NCBI GenBank assembly: GCA_964016885.1
Contig: OZ024759.1
Location: 12,214,001 to 12,278,000, forward strand
Reading direction: 5' to 3'
From: Eledone cirrhosa
Taxonomy: Eukaryota
Length of the DNA stretch: 64,000 nucleotides
Shown: positions 14,146 through 26,978 of the stretch, piece by piece
Numbering within the stretch: the first letter of the stretch is position 1
Layout of the letters: each line of letters begins with the position of its first letter
The notes under the pieces: generated by a model
What the model was told of the DNA's origin: nothing
The model's input: the letters and a program-made list of their open reading frames with translations, nothing else
Database searches by the model: none
Translations under genes and position numbers: made by a program

Positions 14146-15022
14146 CTTCTACAGGACTAGAACTGTTCCATTTAAAAGAAATCGTCCGGGCTTTACTGAT
14201 GATTTCTTTTGAATGAAACAGTTCTAGTCTTGTAGAAGCCATTTCTAATGTTGGATTTTAGTCTTCACATATATTATTATTACTATACCTGTTAGTTCTT
14301 TCGTTAATTTAGTATTGTGTGGTTAGGTTTTGCCTACCGCAATGTTCAATTTGTCAAGCTATTTAAACGTATGTTAGCCAAAGCTTCAATTTTATTAAGC
14401 TTCCACACACACGTGTGTGTGTGTGTGTGTGCAAAAAGTAAACGTAAACACCAAAGCAAACAATACAGTACAATGCTGAAATATATTAGTTTAACGTCTG
14501 ATATAGTAGGAAAACATAAACTCAAGCGTTTTTTGTATATAGACAGATCCAATGAGATATAGATCTAGTTACAGCTACACCTGTCGTACGTGAATCTAGC
14601 CACAAAAATAACCTGTACAGTTGATCAACATCGGGGTATTGGTTGTGTAGAGTAAACAGGTGTATATAGAAAAAGAGGCGTGTTATGATTGTGTATAAAA
14701 TATTTTGGTAATCTTGTTTCTAGATTTGGTTAAATGTACGATGTTTTGAGGAGAAAGGGGTCTTTGTTTATTTTTTAATTTTGTCTTGCTGGAAAAAAAA
14801 AAAAAATGCAACGTGTAAAGAAGCAGATATTTCTAGATACGTGTAGCAATCTACTCTCCTGCTCACATATGTAGCTTTTTTGTTGTTTTTAATATTTCTA
14901 ATTCCATTCACTATATTGCAATTAATTGAAGAAGAATTAGGACGGACTTACACAAATTATTAATTATTAATTACTTCATTATTCCTAAGATGATTTAACA
15001 AATTTTATTGAAAGATTTTAAT

Positions 15023-15802
15023 TTAACCCTTTAGCATTTACATTACTTTATTTTTACTATTATATTTTCACAATAAAGGCTTTACCTCACATAATATCTC
15101 ACATAACATTTACATTACTCTATATTTACTATTATATTTTCACAATAAAGGCTTTACCTCACATAATATCTCACATAACATTTACATTACTCTATATTTA
15201 CTATTATATTTTCACAATAAAGGCTTTACCTCACATAACATTTACATTACTCTATATTTACTATTATATTTTCACAGTAAAGGCTTTACCTCACATAATA
15301 CCTCACATAACATTTACATTACTCTATATTTACTATTATATTTTCACAGTAAAGGCTTTACCTCACATAATACCTCACATAACATTTACATTACTCTATA
15401 TATACTATTGTATTGTCACAGTAAAGGCTTTACCTCACATAATACCTCACATAACATTTACATTACTCTATATTTACTATTATATTTTCACAGTAAAGGC
15501 TTTACCTCACATAATATCTAACATAACATTTACATTACTCTATATATACTATTGTATTGTCACAGTAAAGGCTTTACTTCACATAATACCTCACATGACA
15601 TTTACATTACTCTATATATACTATTGTATTTTCATGGTAAAGACTTTACCTCACATAATATTGAATCTATGAGATTTTGATATTATTTATTTTCATAACA
15701 ATACCTTAACATAAGTATGAGTGGCCGGTTACAGCCAGTTTGAAGAGAAAGGGGTGGGAGAATTCTGGCCTGATATGGCTGGTTTAAATGCAAAAGGGTT
15801 AA
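15023..15802 (+). mobile_element. Same piggyBac-type MITE with ~9 internal 72-bp units
   Basis: TTAA CCCTTTAGCATTTA ... TAAATGCAAAAGGG TTAA terminal inverted repeats. Confidence 0.85.
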
Positions 15803-16002
15803 ACAGTAAACCCTTAACCCACCGAGCCCCAATGGTTTTGCACCATTGACCAGTGTCATGCAAGACAATTTCTCCACGGCCCAAGGGGGCAGGTCTGTGT
15901 CGGTTATACACATAACAAAACACAATAAACAATAAAGTGCATATTATATAATCTTATCTTATATAATTTTATTAATTTAATCATTACATTTATACTGTAT
16001 CA

Positions 16003-17885
16003 TCATGAATCTTGGGTAACGACTGAAAGAATACGATCGCGAATACAAGTAGCTGAAATGGGGTTCCTCCGAAGGGTCTTTAGAGTAACGTTACTAGATA
16101 GAGTGTGTAGCTCGGAGATCAGAGGGTCACTCCAGATACAGCCACTACTTCTCTGATTTGAGAGATCACAGCTCTGATACTACAGGCATGTGGTTAGAAT
16201 GTCTCAGGAAAGAACCACTGGACAGATTTGTAGCTCAGAGATCAGAGAGTCACTCCAGATAGAGCCACTACTTCTCCGAATTGAGAGATCACAGCTCCGA
16301 TACTACAGGCATGTGGTTAGAATGTCTCAGGAAAGAACCATTGGACAGATTTGTAGCTCAGAGATCAGAGAGTCACTCCAGATAGAGCCACTACTTCTCC
16401 GAATTGAGAGATCACAGCTCCGATACTACAGGCATGTGGTTAGAATGTCTCAGGAAAGAACCATTGGACAGATTTGTAGCTCAGAGATCAGAGAGTCACT
16501 CCAGATAGAGCCACTACTTCTCCGAATTGAGAGATCACAGCTCCGATACTACAGGCATGTGGTTAGAATGTCTCAGGAAAGAATCACTGGACATATTTGT
16601 AACTCAGAGATCAGAGAGTCACCCCAGATAGAGCCACTACTTCTCCGAATTGAGAGATCACAGCTCCGATACTACAGGCATGTGGTTAGAATGTCTCAGG
16701 AAAGAATCACTGGACAGATTTGTAACTCAGAGATCAGAGAGTCACCCCAGATAGAGCCACTACTTCTCCGAATTGAGAGATCACAGCTCCGATACTACAG
16801 GCATGTGGTTAGAATGTCTCAGGAAAGAATCACTGGACAGATTTGTAACTCAGAGATCAGAGAGTCACTCCAGATAGAGCCACTACTTCTCCGATTTGAG
16901 AGATCACAGCTCCGATACTACAGGCATGTGGTTAGAATGTCTCAGGAAAGAATCACTGGACAGATTTGTAGCTCAGAGATCAGAGGGTCACTCCAGATAC
17001 AGCCACTACTTCTCCGATTTGAGAGATCACAGCTCCGATACTACAGGCATGTGGTTAGAATGTCTCAGGAAAGAATCGCTGGACAGATTTGTAGCTCAGA
17101 GATCAGAGAGTCACTCCAGATAGAGCCACTACTTCTCGGATTTGAGAGATCACAGCTCTGATACTACAGGCATGTGGTTAGAATGTCTCAGGAAAGAACC
17201 ACTGGACAGATTTGTAGCTCAGAGATTAGAGAGTCACTCCAGATAGAGCCACTACTTCTCCGAATTGAGAGATCACAGCTCCGATACTACAGGCATGTGG
17301 TTAGAATGTCTCAGGAAAGAATCGCTGGACAGATTTGTAGCTCAGAGATCAGAGAGTCACTCCAGATAGAGCCACTACTTCTCCGAATTGAGAGATCACA
17401 GCTCTGATACAATGACATGTGGTTAGAATGTCTCAGGAAAGAATCGCTGGACAGATTTGTAGCTCAGAGATCAGAGAGTCACTCCAGATAGAGCCACTAC
17501 TTCTCCGAATTGAGAGATCACAGCTCTGATACAATGACATGTGGTTAGAATGTCTCAGGAAAGAATCGCTGGACAGATTTGTAGCTCAGAGATCAGAGGG
17601 TCACTCCAGATACAGCCACTACTTCTCCGAATTGAGAGATCACAGCTCTGATACTACAGGCATGTGGTTAGAATGTCTCAGGAAAGAATCGCTGGACAGA
17701 TTTTATGGGCAAAGCCAACTGGCAAAAGACCCAGGAGTAGACCCCCAGCAAGATGGTTGGATAACATCCATGAGCTTGGCTGGTCTTGCTTGGGGAGACG
17801 GTTGCTTCTGATAGGACCCGCTGGAAGGAGTGTTTAAGGACTCTGCCCCTCCATGATTCTCTCAGGAATAAGTGGGCGAAGAAGA
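16003..17885 (+). mobile_element. RTE-clade LINE 3' fragment with internal 123-bp tandem amplification
   Basis: HESWVTTERIRSRIQVAEMGFLRRV...IEPLLLRIERSQLRYYRHVVRM...KRPRSRP..RWLDNI is typical of an RTE/Expander C-terminus. Related fragments at ~803-878(+), 56610-57025(-), 57890-57990(-), 58016-58345(+). Confidence 0.85.
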
Positions 17886-18161
17886 AGACATACTGTAAAT
17901 GTGACTCAACTCAATATAAGGTAGACTCAACTCAATATAAGGTAGACTCAACTCAATATAAGTTAGACCCAACTCAACATAAGTTAAACTCAACTCAACA
18001 TAGACCCAACTCAACATAGACCCAACTCAACATAGACCCAACTCAACATAGACCCAACTCAACATAAGTTAAGCTCAACTCAACATAGACCCAACTCAAC
18101 ATAAGGTAGACCGCATTAGTCAATAAAATAGAAAAAAGTATTTATTCTTTCTGTGCGCCCC

Positions 18162-19035
18162 AGTACCTAATGGTCCATGTCCACGGCCTGGTACCTAGTG
18201 GTCCACTGTCCAGTACCTAGTGGTCCACTGTCCAGTACCTAGTGGTCCACGGCCTGGTACCTAGTGGTCCACGGTCCAGTACCTAGTGGTCCACTGTCCA
18301 GTACCTAGTGATCCACGGTCCAGTACCTAGTGGTCCACTGTCTAGTACCTAGTGGTCCACAGTCCAGTACCTAGTGGTCCACGGCCTGGTACCTAGTGGT
18401 CCACGGTCCAGTACCTAGTGGTCCACTGTCCAGTACCTAGTGATCCACGGTCCAGTACCTAGTGGTCCACTGTCTAGTACCTAGTGGTCCACAGTCCAGT
18501 ACCTAGTGGTCCACAGTCCAGTACCTAGTGGTCCACTCTCCAGTACCTAGTGGTCCACTGTCTAGTACCTAGTGGTCCACTGTCCAGTACCTAGTGGTCC
18601 ACGGTCCAGTAGCTAGTGGTCCACGGCCTGGTACCTAGTGGTCCACTCTCCAGTACCTAGTGGTCCACTGTCCAGTACCTAGTGGTCCACTCTCCAGTAC
18701 CTAGTGATCCACTGTCCAGTACCTAGTGGTCCACTGTCCAGTACCTAGTGGTCCACGGTCCAGTAGCTAGTGGTCCACGGCCTGGTACCTAGTGGTCCAC
18801 TCTCCAGTACCTAGTGGTCCACGGTCCAGTACCTAGTGGTCCACGGTCCAGTACCTAGTGGTCCACTGTCTAGTACCTAGTGGTCCACAGTCCAGTACCT
18901 AGTGGTCCACGGCCTGGTACCTAGTGGTCCACTCTCCAGTACCTAGTGGTCCACTGTCCAGTACCTAGTGGTCCACTGTCCAGTACCTAGTGGTCCACTG
19001 TCCAGTACCTAGTGGTCCACTGTCCAGTACCTAGT
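18162..19035. repeat. 22-bp minisatellite, ~39 copies
   Basis: Unit AGTACCTAGTGGTCCAC(TGTCC/GGTCC/GGCCT). Confidence 0.97.
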
Positions 19036-19745
19036 GATCCACAGTCTGGTACCTATTTCGCAGCCAGTCGTCACCACTGGTCTCTATTCTCCATCATACA
19101 TAGAAGGATGTAGATGCTGTGACCAGTCCAGGATTTTCTTAGTCTGCCTCTCCTTCACCCTCCCTCAACTGTGCCCTGAAGGATGGTTTTAGACAAGAAC
19201 CTATAGCAGAGTACACGACCATAGCAGGCAAACCTCCACCTATACATGATAGCTACATATAAAAAGACAGAATGATTACATTAACAATGTCCTTTGATCA
19301 TACGTAGAGATTTGTTCGGTCCAGGTTGACCTAGGGCTAAACAACAACTATGTTTTATCATATGCAAGCCCCGCTGATATCATGAAGTGTTGAGTTTCTA
19401 ATTAATTAGTATTCCTTAATTTAACGTTTTACTTCCTTATCTTGTTTGGTCATACATGTATAATATTTGTGCAGCATTATATTACATATGGCCAAGTATA
19501 TCTTGTTTTTCTGTCTGTCTGTCTGTCTGTTAATTCTGAAACCTCATTAGGAAGATATTCTGTGACTGCATCACAATAAAAATTGAAGTCTTTTATTTTA
19601 GTTTATTGCGAATTTTCTTAACAACCTGTTCACAATTAAAGATAGGATAAATATTTGAATTAGCAAGACATTCTATAGAAGTATAAATATTTGAATTAGC
19701 AAGACATTCTAGAGAAGTACAAAACATCACTATGACTGCTTCACG

Positions 19746-19973
19746 TTAACCCTTTAATGTTCAAATCAACCAAAAGCGGCCAGAATTCTCTACCTTTTTA
19801 TGTTGAAACTGGCTGTAACTGGTCGCTCAAACTTATGTTAAGGTATTGTTCTTAAAATAAATACTTTCAAAATCTCATAGATTCGATATTATGTGAGATA
19901 ATTATGTGAGATAAAGCATTTACCATGAAAATACAATAGTATATATAGAGTAATGTGAATGCTAAAGGGTTAA
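19746..19973 (-). mobile_element. Unexpanded copy of the piggyBac-type MITE
   Basis: TTAACCCTTT...AAAGGGTTAA ends. Further copies at 33635-33831(+), 42962-43185(-), 44020-44286(-, partial), 44411-44588(+, partial), 57441-57660(+). Confidence 0.82.
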
Positions 19974-21452
19974 ATATTAAAGTCTTTACTCAAAAATGTT
20001 TTAGAGTAAAGATACTCTAAACATTTGAATTAACAAGCCACATTAGCAAGACATTCTAGAAAAGTACAAAACAACACTATGAATACCACACATTAAATAT
20101 TAAAGTCTTTACTCTAATACTGTACATTCTTAAAACAATCTATTCACCAGTAAAGATACTATAAACCATTTTTTTCACAAAGCATTCTGTAAAAGTACAA
20201 ATCCCTACTATGACTACATTACATTCATTATTAATCTCTTATGGTCTGAGTTCAAATCCCGCCAAGGTTAACTTTGCCTTTCATCCTTACGGGGTCGATT
20301 AAATAAAGTACCAGTAATGTACTGGATAATTGCTGGCCTTGTGCCAAAAAGTAGAAACAAATATTAATCTCTTTACTCTAATACTGTAAATCTTTGCAAC
20401 AATCTGTCCACTGGTAAAGATACTATAAACATTTGAATTACCAGATCTGTTTCTTCTTTTTTAAAGATATTTTCTGCTAAATCATTGCAGAATATTGAAA
20501 GTTAAAGTCTAGTATGTGTATTAAAAATGGATAAATACATCAAGCTGATTACACTGATATCATTTATTTGGTTCTAAACTGCCTATTCATAAAATGTTGA
20601 GTCTATATTTAATAGGAAAGAAAGAAAGAAAATATATGCTACTCCCCACCGCACCATTTCCTTTCACATACTGTGTCATGTCGGCACTGTCATAATAGGG
20701 GGTGAGGGTCATTTAAAAGTGTGTCATTTGTATACTTTATGCTTACCATTCACAAATTGAAAGGGGCTGGCTGGGTAGGGGAGAGGGTGGCTAAGCAAGT
20801 ATACTAAGAATGGATATATTAGGGAGAGGGTGATTAAGCAAGTGTACTAAGAATGTAAGGGGTGCTGGCTGGGTAGGGGAGAGGGTGATTAAGCAAGTAT
20901 AGTAAGAATGGATATATTAGGGATGCTGGCTGGGGAGGGGAGGGTGATTAAGCAACTATACTAAGAATGTATTTATTATGAGCAAGGCCTCCGGGGGAGG
21001 GGGGGGGGTTATGTAATGGAGTCAAACCTTTTTCTATTTCAATATGTTGTTTTCTATCATCCTACCCCCTCCCTAAAGGCTTCATAAGAATATAAATAAA
21101 TGAAAAAAAAAAAAATACACACAGTCCACGCTGTAATGTGGCCGTGTAGGTAACACGGTAAAAAGTTCCCAGTTCCACACTGTAAATGTGGTTGGTGTTA
21201 GGAAGGGCATCCAGCCGTAGAAAACCTACCAGACAGTCCTATATGAACAAGACACGGCCACCCGACCTACCTTGCCTCAAGTGGGACAACTCCCGTCTAA
21301 CCCATGCCAGCATGGAAGATGGACATTAAACGAAGAAGATGATAAGTACTGTATTTCCCAGCGTCGAAGACGTTACATTTTTTCCTAAAATAAGTCCCAA
21401 AAATCTACCATGCATCCTGGAGGCCGAAGGTTGTTTATTATTTTTTTTCAAA

Positions 21453-22008
21453 GGGCGGTGGATTGGCAGTATCGGTAGAGGGTCGGACGCCATGCTTTGA
21501 CACATAGAGTTACGGCCCTTGCCATTCTGAGTTCAAATCCCGCCGAGGTTAACTTTGCCTTTCATCCTTACAGAGTCAATAAAATAAAGTACCAGTAATG
21601 TACTGGGATAATTGGTGGCCTTGTGCCAAAAGTAGAAACAATTATATATAGTGTTTAACAATAATATGACACCCTGCTTCGCAGCATAGAGTTAAGACCC
21701 TTTATGTTCTGAGTTCAAATCCCGTCGAGGTTAACTTTGCCTTTCATCCTTACAGAGTCAATAGAATAAAGTACCAGTAATGTACTGGGATAATTGGTGG
21801 CCTTGTGCCAAAAGTAGAAACAATTATATATAGTGTTTAACAATAATATGACACCCTGCTTCGCAGCATAGAGTTAAGACCCTTTATGTTCTGAGTTCAA
21901 ATCCCGCCGAGGTTAACTTTGCCTTTCATCCTTACAGAGTCAATAAAATAAAGTACCAGTAATGTACTGGGATAATTGCTGGCCTTGTGCCAAAAGCAGA
22001 AACAATTA
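21453..22008 (+). mobile_element. tRNA-derived SINE family B (Nin-domain-like), three tandem 182-bp copies
   Basis: GAGTTCAAATCCCGCCGAGGTTAACTTTGCCTTTCATCCTTAC...AAATAAAGTACCAG near 21525, 21707 and 21889. Other copies at about 20243-20362(+), 40070-40215(+), 40840-41015(-), 48635-48750(-), 48877-49050(-). Nin-domain resemblance is from memory. Confidence 0.75.
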
Positions 22009-22644
22009 TTGTTATAACAAAGTGTGTAAAGCCATACACCGCCATCTCATGGTTGTAAAACTTGTTGCTTACGTCAGGTAAATCTCTGGCTTAGGATTGT
22101 TGTTAGTTTACTATGGCTTTTGTTGTGGTTTTTTTTTTGTGTGTGAGAGAGAGGGGGTTGGGGTGTAGATGTGTGAGAGAGAGGGTATGTGTGTACGTGT
22201 AATAGTCATTTTACTGAAAAAAAATCCCGGCACAGCAACTGTAGCTGTGTAAATTATACGCGGCAGTCAACAGTTTAAGGGTTTTCACCTTATTTTATAA
22301 GCTATTTTGTAGCATCTTCATGCAGGAGCATACTACTCTATATATTAATTTTGACATACATTTCTAATGGTAGGTTTTTAGATAAATATAAATAAACAAG
22401 GTTGGTTTCAGATGGTTCTGTATCAAAAGGGTTCATTTACCTCTTAATATCTCAGCATGATTTAATAGAAAGTATCTAAAAACTGGTTTGTTAACTCAAA
22501 TATTTATAGTATCTTTACTAGTGGACAGATTGTTGTGATAATTTAAAGACATTAATGTTTAATGTGATCCAGTCTTATACTAAATGTTTATAGTATCTTT
22601 ACTAGTGGACAGATTGTTGTGAAAATTTGCAGTATTATTATCAT

Positions 22645-22912
22645 CATCATCACCGTTTTTACGTCCGTTCTTCCACGCTAGCATGGGTTAGACGGGTTGT
22701 CCTGTTGTGGGCAGTGTCCGGTCGGCTGACCTTGTCTTACTCATATGGGAACTGATTCTGGCTTGATTTCTACAGCTGGTTGCCCTTCCTAACACCAACC
22801 TCATTTACAGTGAGGGCTGGGTGCTTTTTTGCCGTGGCACCTCCACGACCACTCTACAGCTGAGTAAACTGGATCAATGTGAAATAAAGTGTCTTGCTCA
22901 AGGAAACAGCAC
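22645..22912 (-). mobile_element. SINE family A, partial copy
   Basis: Reverse complement of the SINE body and tail ((CAT)n ... GAAATAAAGTGTCTTGCTCAAGG). Confidence 0.75.
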
Positions 22913-23178
22913 ATTATAGTGAATTTGTTGTTTTATAATTTTCTAAAATCTCTTGCTAATGTGATTTCATATAGTTTGTTAATTCAAATGTTTATAGTAT
23001 CTTTACTAATGAACAAACCATTGTGAAAATATGCTGTATGGGAGGAAAGACTTTAATTTTTAATGTGATGCAGTCATAGTGTTGTTTCGTAATTTTTTAA
23101 TGTTTTGTTAATGTGGTTTGATGTGGTACAGGATGCTAAGAGATAAATTAATTTTTTTTTTTCCTTTTGTTCTTTTAG

Positions 23179-23311
23179 ATTTGGGATGCTGTTGATATAA
23201 AGACAGGGTCATTATCTCGGAGTGGCATTTACAAAGCTCTTTCATTAACTGCTTTTGCTCAACAGGGCAAACCGGTCAGTGATAAATTATTAGAAACATT
23301 CTCTGGACAAG
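23179..23311 (+). CDS. SNX8: SNX8-like exon 3 (EH-like domain, second half)
   Basis: TTCTTTTAG| acceptor; IWDAVDIKTGSLSRSGIYKALSLTAFAQQGKPVSDKLLETFSGQ; donor AAG|GTAAGA; phase 0 in, phase 1 out, matching both neighbours. Confidence 0.88.
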
Positions 23312-23764
23312 GTAAGAACCTTAGAATCTTTCTCTCTTCTTTCTCTACTAAGAACAACAACATGTGTTAACTGTTTCATGACTGTACGGGTGGTAGTGGT
23401 GGTATCACAAGAAAACACCCAGTCCACCCTGTATAGGTGGTAGTGGTGGTATCACAAGAAAAATCCTAGTCTGCCCTGTATAGGTGGTAGTGGTGGTGGT
23501 ATCACAAGAAAACACCCAGTCTACACTATATCTCCTCCTCAAATTATTGGCCTTGTATCAAAGTACCCAAACCATTATCATTGAGGTCAAATAAAGCTCT
23601 TCCTGAAACAGATATGCTAGATGGTAGTTCACCAGGAACACTAACTTTGATCTAGTTTCGACTAGAACTTGATAATAAATCTAAGTCCTGGTTGAATGAA
23701 TCCTTAGTTGTTATGTTGTTAGTGTTGCTGTTGTTATTGTGTGACTCCATTTGGCTTTGATCAA

Positions 23765-26222
23765 GTAGCTAGTTGGTAGAGTAGCTAGCTGTAGTATATA
23801 GATAGTTGGTAGAGCAACGAGCTGTTGTATATAGCTAGTTGGTAGAGTAGCTAGCTGTGGTATACAGCTAGTTGGTAGAGCAATGAGCTGTTGTATATAG
23901 CTAGTTGGTAGAGTAGCTAGCTGTGGTATATAGCTAGTTGGTTGAGCAACAAGCTGTGGTATATAGCTAGTTGGTAGAGTAGTTAGCTGTGGTATATAGC
24001 TAGTTGGTAGAGCAATGAGCTGTTGTATATAGTTAGTTGGTAGAGTAGCTAACTGTGGTATATAGCTAGTTGGTAGAGTAGCTAGCTGTGGTATATAGCT
24101 AGTTGGTAGAGTAGTTAGCTGTGGTATATAGCTAGTTGGTTGAGCAATGAGCTGTTGTATATAGTTAGTTGGTAGAGTAGCTAACTGTGGTATATAGCTA
24201 GTTGGTAGAGCAATGAGCTGTTGTATATAGTTAGTTGGTAGAGTAGCTAACTGTGGTATATAGCTAGTTGGTAGAGTAGCTAGCTGTGGTATATAGCTAG
24301 TTGGAAGAGTGTCTAGCTGTGGTATATAGTTAATTGGTAGAGTAGCTAGCTGTGGTATATAGCTAGTTGGTAGAGTAGCTAGCTGTGGGATATAGCTAGT
24401 TGTGGTATATAGCTAGTTGGTAGAGTAGCTAGCTGTGGTATATAGCTAGTTGGTAGAGCAATGAGCTGTGGTATATAGCTAGTTGGTAGAGTGTCTAGCT
24501 GTGGTATATAGCTAGTTGGTAGAGTAGCTAGCTGTGGTATATAGCTAGTTGGTAGAGTGTCTAGCTGTGGTATATAGCTAGTTGGTAGAGTGTCTAGCTG
24601 TGGTATATAGCTAGTTGGTAGAGTAGCTAGCTGTGGTATATAGCTAGTTGGTAGAGTAGCTAGCTGTGGTATATAGCTAGTTGGTAGAGTGTCTAGCTGT
24701 GGTATATAGCTAGTTGGTAGAGTGTCTAGCTGTGGTATATAGCTAGTTGGTAGAGTGTCTAGCTGTGGTATATAGCTAGTTGGTAGAGTGTCTAGCTGTG
24801 GTATATAGCTAGTTGGTAGAGTGTCTAGCTGTGGTATATAGCTAGTTGGTAGAGTGTCTAGCTGTGGTATATAGCTAGTTGGTAGAGTGTCTAGCTGTGG
24901 TATATAGCTAGTTGGTGGAGTGTCTAGCTGTGGTATATAGCTAGTTGGTAGAGTAGCTAGCTGTGGTATATAGCTAGTTGGTAGAGTGTCTAGCTGTGGT
25001 ATATAGCTAGTTGGTAGAGTGTCTAGCTGTGGTATATAGCTAGTTGGTAGAGTAGCTAGCTGTGGTATATAGCTAGTTGGTAGAGTAGCTAGCTGTGGTA
25101 TATAGCTAGTTGGTAGAGTGTCTAGCTGTGGTATATAGCTAGTTGGTAGAGTAGCTAGCTGTGGTATATAGCTAGTTGGTAGAGCAATGAGCTGTGGTAT
25201 ATAGCTAGTTGGTAGAGTGTCTAGCTGTGGTATATAGCTAGTTGGTAGAGTAGCTAGCTGTGGTATATAGCTAGTTGGTAGAGTGTCTAGCTGTGGTATA
25301 TAGCTAGTTGGTAGAGTGTCTAGCTGTGGTATATAGCTAGTTGGTAGAGTAGCTAGCTGTGGTATATAGCTAGTTGGTAGAGTAGCTAGCTGTGGTATAT
25401 AGCTAGTTGGCAGAGTGTCTAGCTGTGGTATATAGCTAGTTGGTAGAGTGTCTAGCTGTGGTATATAGCTAGTTGGTAGAGTAGCTAGCTGTGGTATATA
25501 GCTAGTTGGTAGAGTAGCTAGCTGTGGTATATAGCTAGTTGGTAGAGTAGCTAGCTGTAGTATATAGCTAGTTGGTAGAGTAGCTAACTGGGGTATATAG
25601 CTAGTTGGTAGAGTAGCTAACTGTGGTATATAGCTAGTTGGTATATAGCTAGTTGGTAGAGTAGCTAGCTGTGGTATATAGCTAGTTGGTTGAGCAATAA
25701 GCTGTGGTATATAGCTAGTTGGTTGAGCAATAAGCTGTGGTATATAGCTAGTTGGTAGAGTAGCTAGCTGTGGTATATAGCTAGTTGGTAGAGTAGCTAG
25801 CTGTAGTATATAGCTAGTTGGTAGAGTAGCTAGCTGTGGTATATAGCTAGTTGGTAGAGTAGTTAGCTGTGGTATATAGCTGGTAGAGTGTCTAGCTGTG
25901 GTATATAGCTAGTTGGTTGAGCAATGAGCTGTGGTATATAGCTAGTTGGTTGAGCAATAAGCTGTGGTATATAGCTAGTTGGTTGAGCAATAAGCTGTGG
26001 TATATAGCTAGTTGGTAGAGTAGCTAGCTGTGGTATATAGCTAGTTGGTAGAGTAGTTAGCTGTGGTATATAGCTGGTAGAGTGTCTAGCTGTGGTATAT
26101 AGCTAGTTGGTTGAGCAATGAGCTGTGGTATATAGCTAGTTGGTTGAGCAATGAGCTGTGGTATATAGCTAGTTGGTTGAGCAATAAGCTGTGGTATATA
26201 GCTAGTTGGTAGAGTAGCTAAC
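23765..26222. repeat. 33-bp minisatellite, ~74 copies
   Basis: Unit GCTAGTTGGTAGAG(TAGCT/TGTCT/CAATG)AGCTGTGGTATATA. Confidence 0.97.
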
Positions 26223-26978
26223 TACATCTTAATTTTTTTTCATTCTGAAAATCAGTCTCTGATTTAAAAATAAAAATAAACATTTGCATATTGAAAAATA
26301 AAAAATGAAAAAGAAGGAAACATTAACCCTTTAGCATGTAAACCAGCCATATCTGGCAGAATTCTCTCACCTCTTTCTGTTTAAACCACCTGTAACTTGC
26401 CACTCATACTGATGTTAAGATATTGTTCTCAAAATAAATAATATCAATCTCATAGATTCAATGTTATGTGAGATATTATATGAGGTAAAGCCTTTACTGT
26501 GACAATACAATAGTATATATAGAGTAATGTAAATGTGATGTGAGATATTATATGAGATAAAGCCTTTACTGTGAAAATACAATAGTATATATAGAGTAAT
26601 GTAAATGTGATGTGAGATATTATGTGAGGTAAAGCCTTTACTGTGACAATACAATAGTATATATAGAGTAATGTAAATGTGATGTGAGATATTATGTGAG
26701 GTAAAGCCTTTACTGTGACAATACAATAGTATATATAGAGTGGTTTCTTTATTTGCCACTAGGGCACAAAAGGTAGGGACAGATACAAGGGGGGAAGTTT
26801 ACATATAATTAACGAGTACAAAAATATAACAATGAAATAACAACAACAAACGAAGTCCTCAATAGGGAGGGGGCATTAACATGGGTCGCACACACCCCGG
26901 AAAAAATGTGTAACCCTTCTCCTCAGGAGCACAAAGAGTAGGTGCTTCCCTCGTCTCCGCTTTTTCCTCTTCTTTCAC

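Noticed and set aside
18162-26222. Short regular repeats resembling CRISPR arrays
   Set aside because: Units are head-to-tail with no unique spacers, no cas genes, and the context is eukaryotic.
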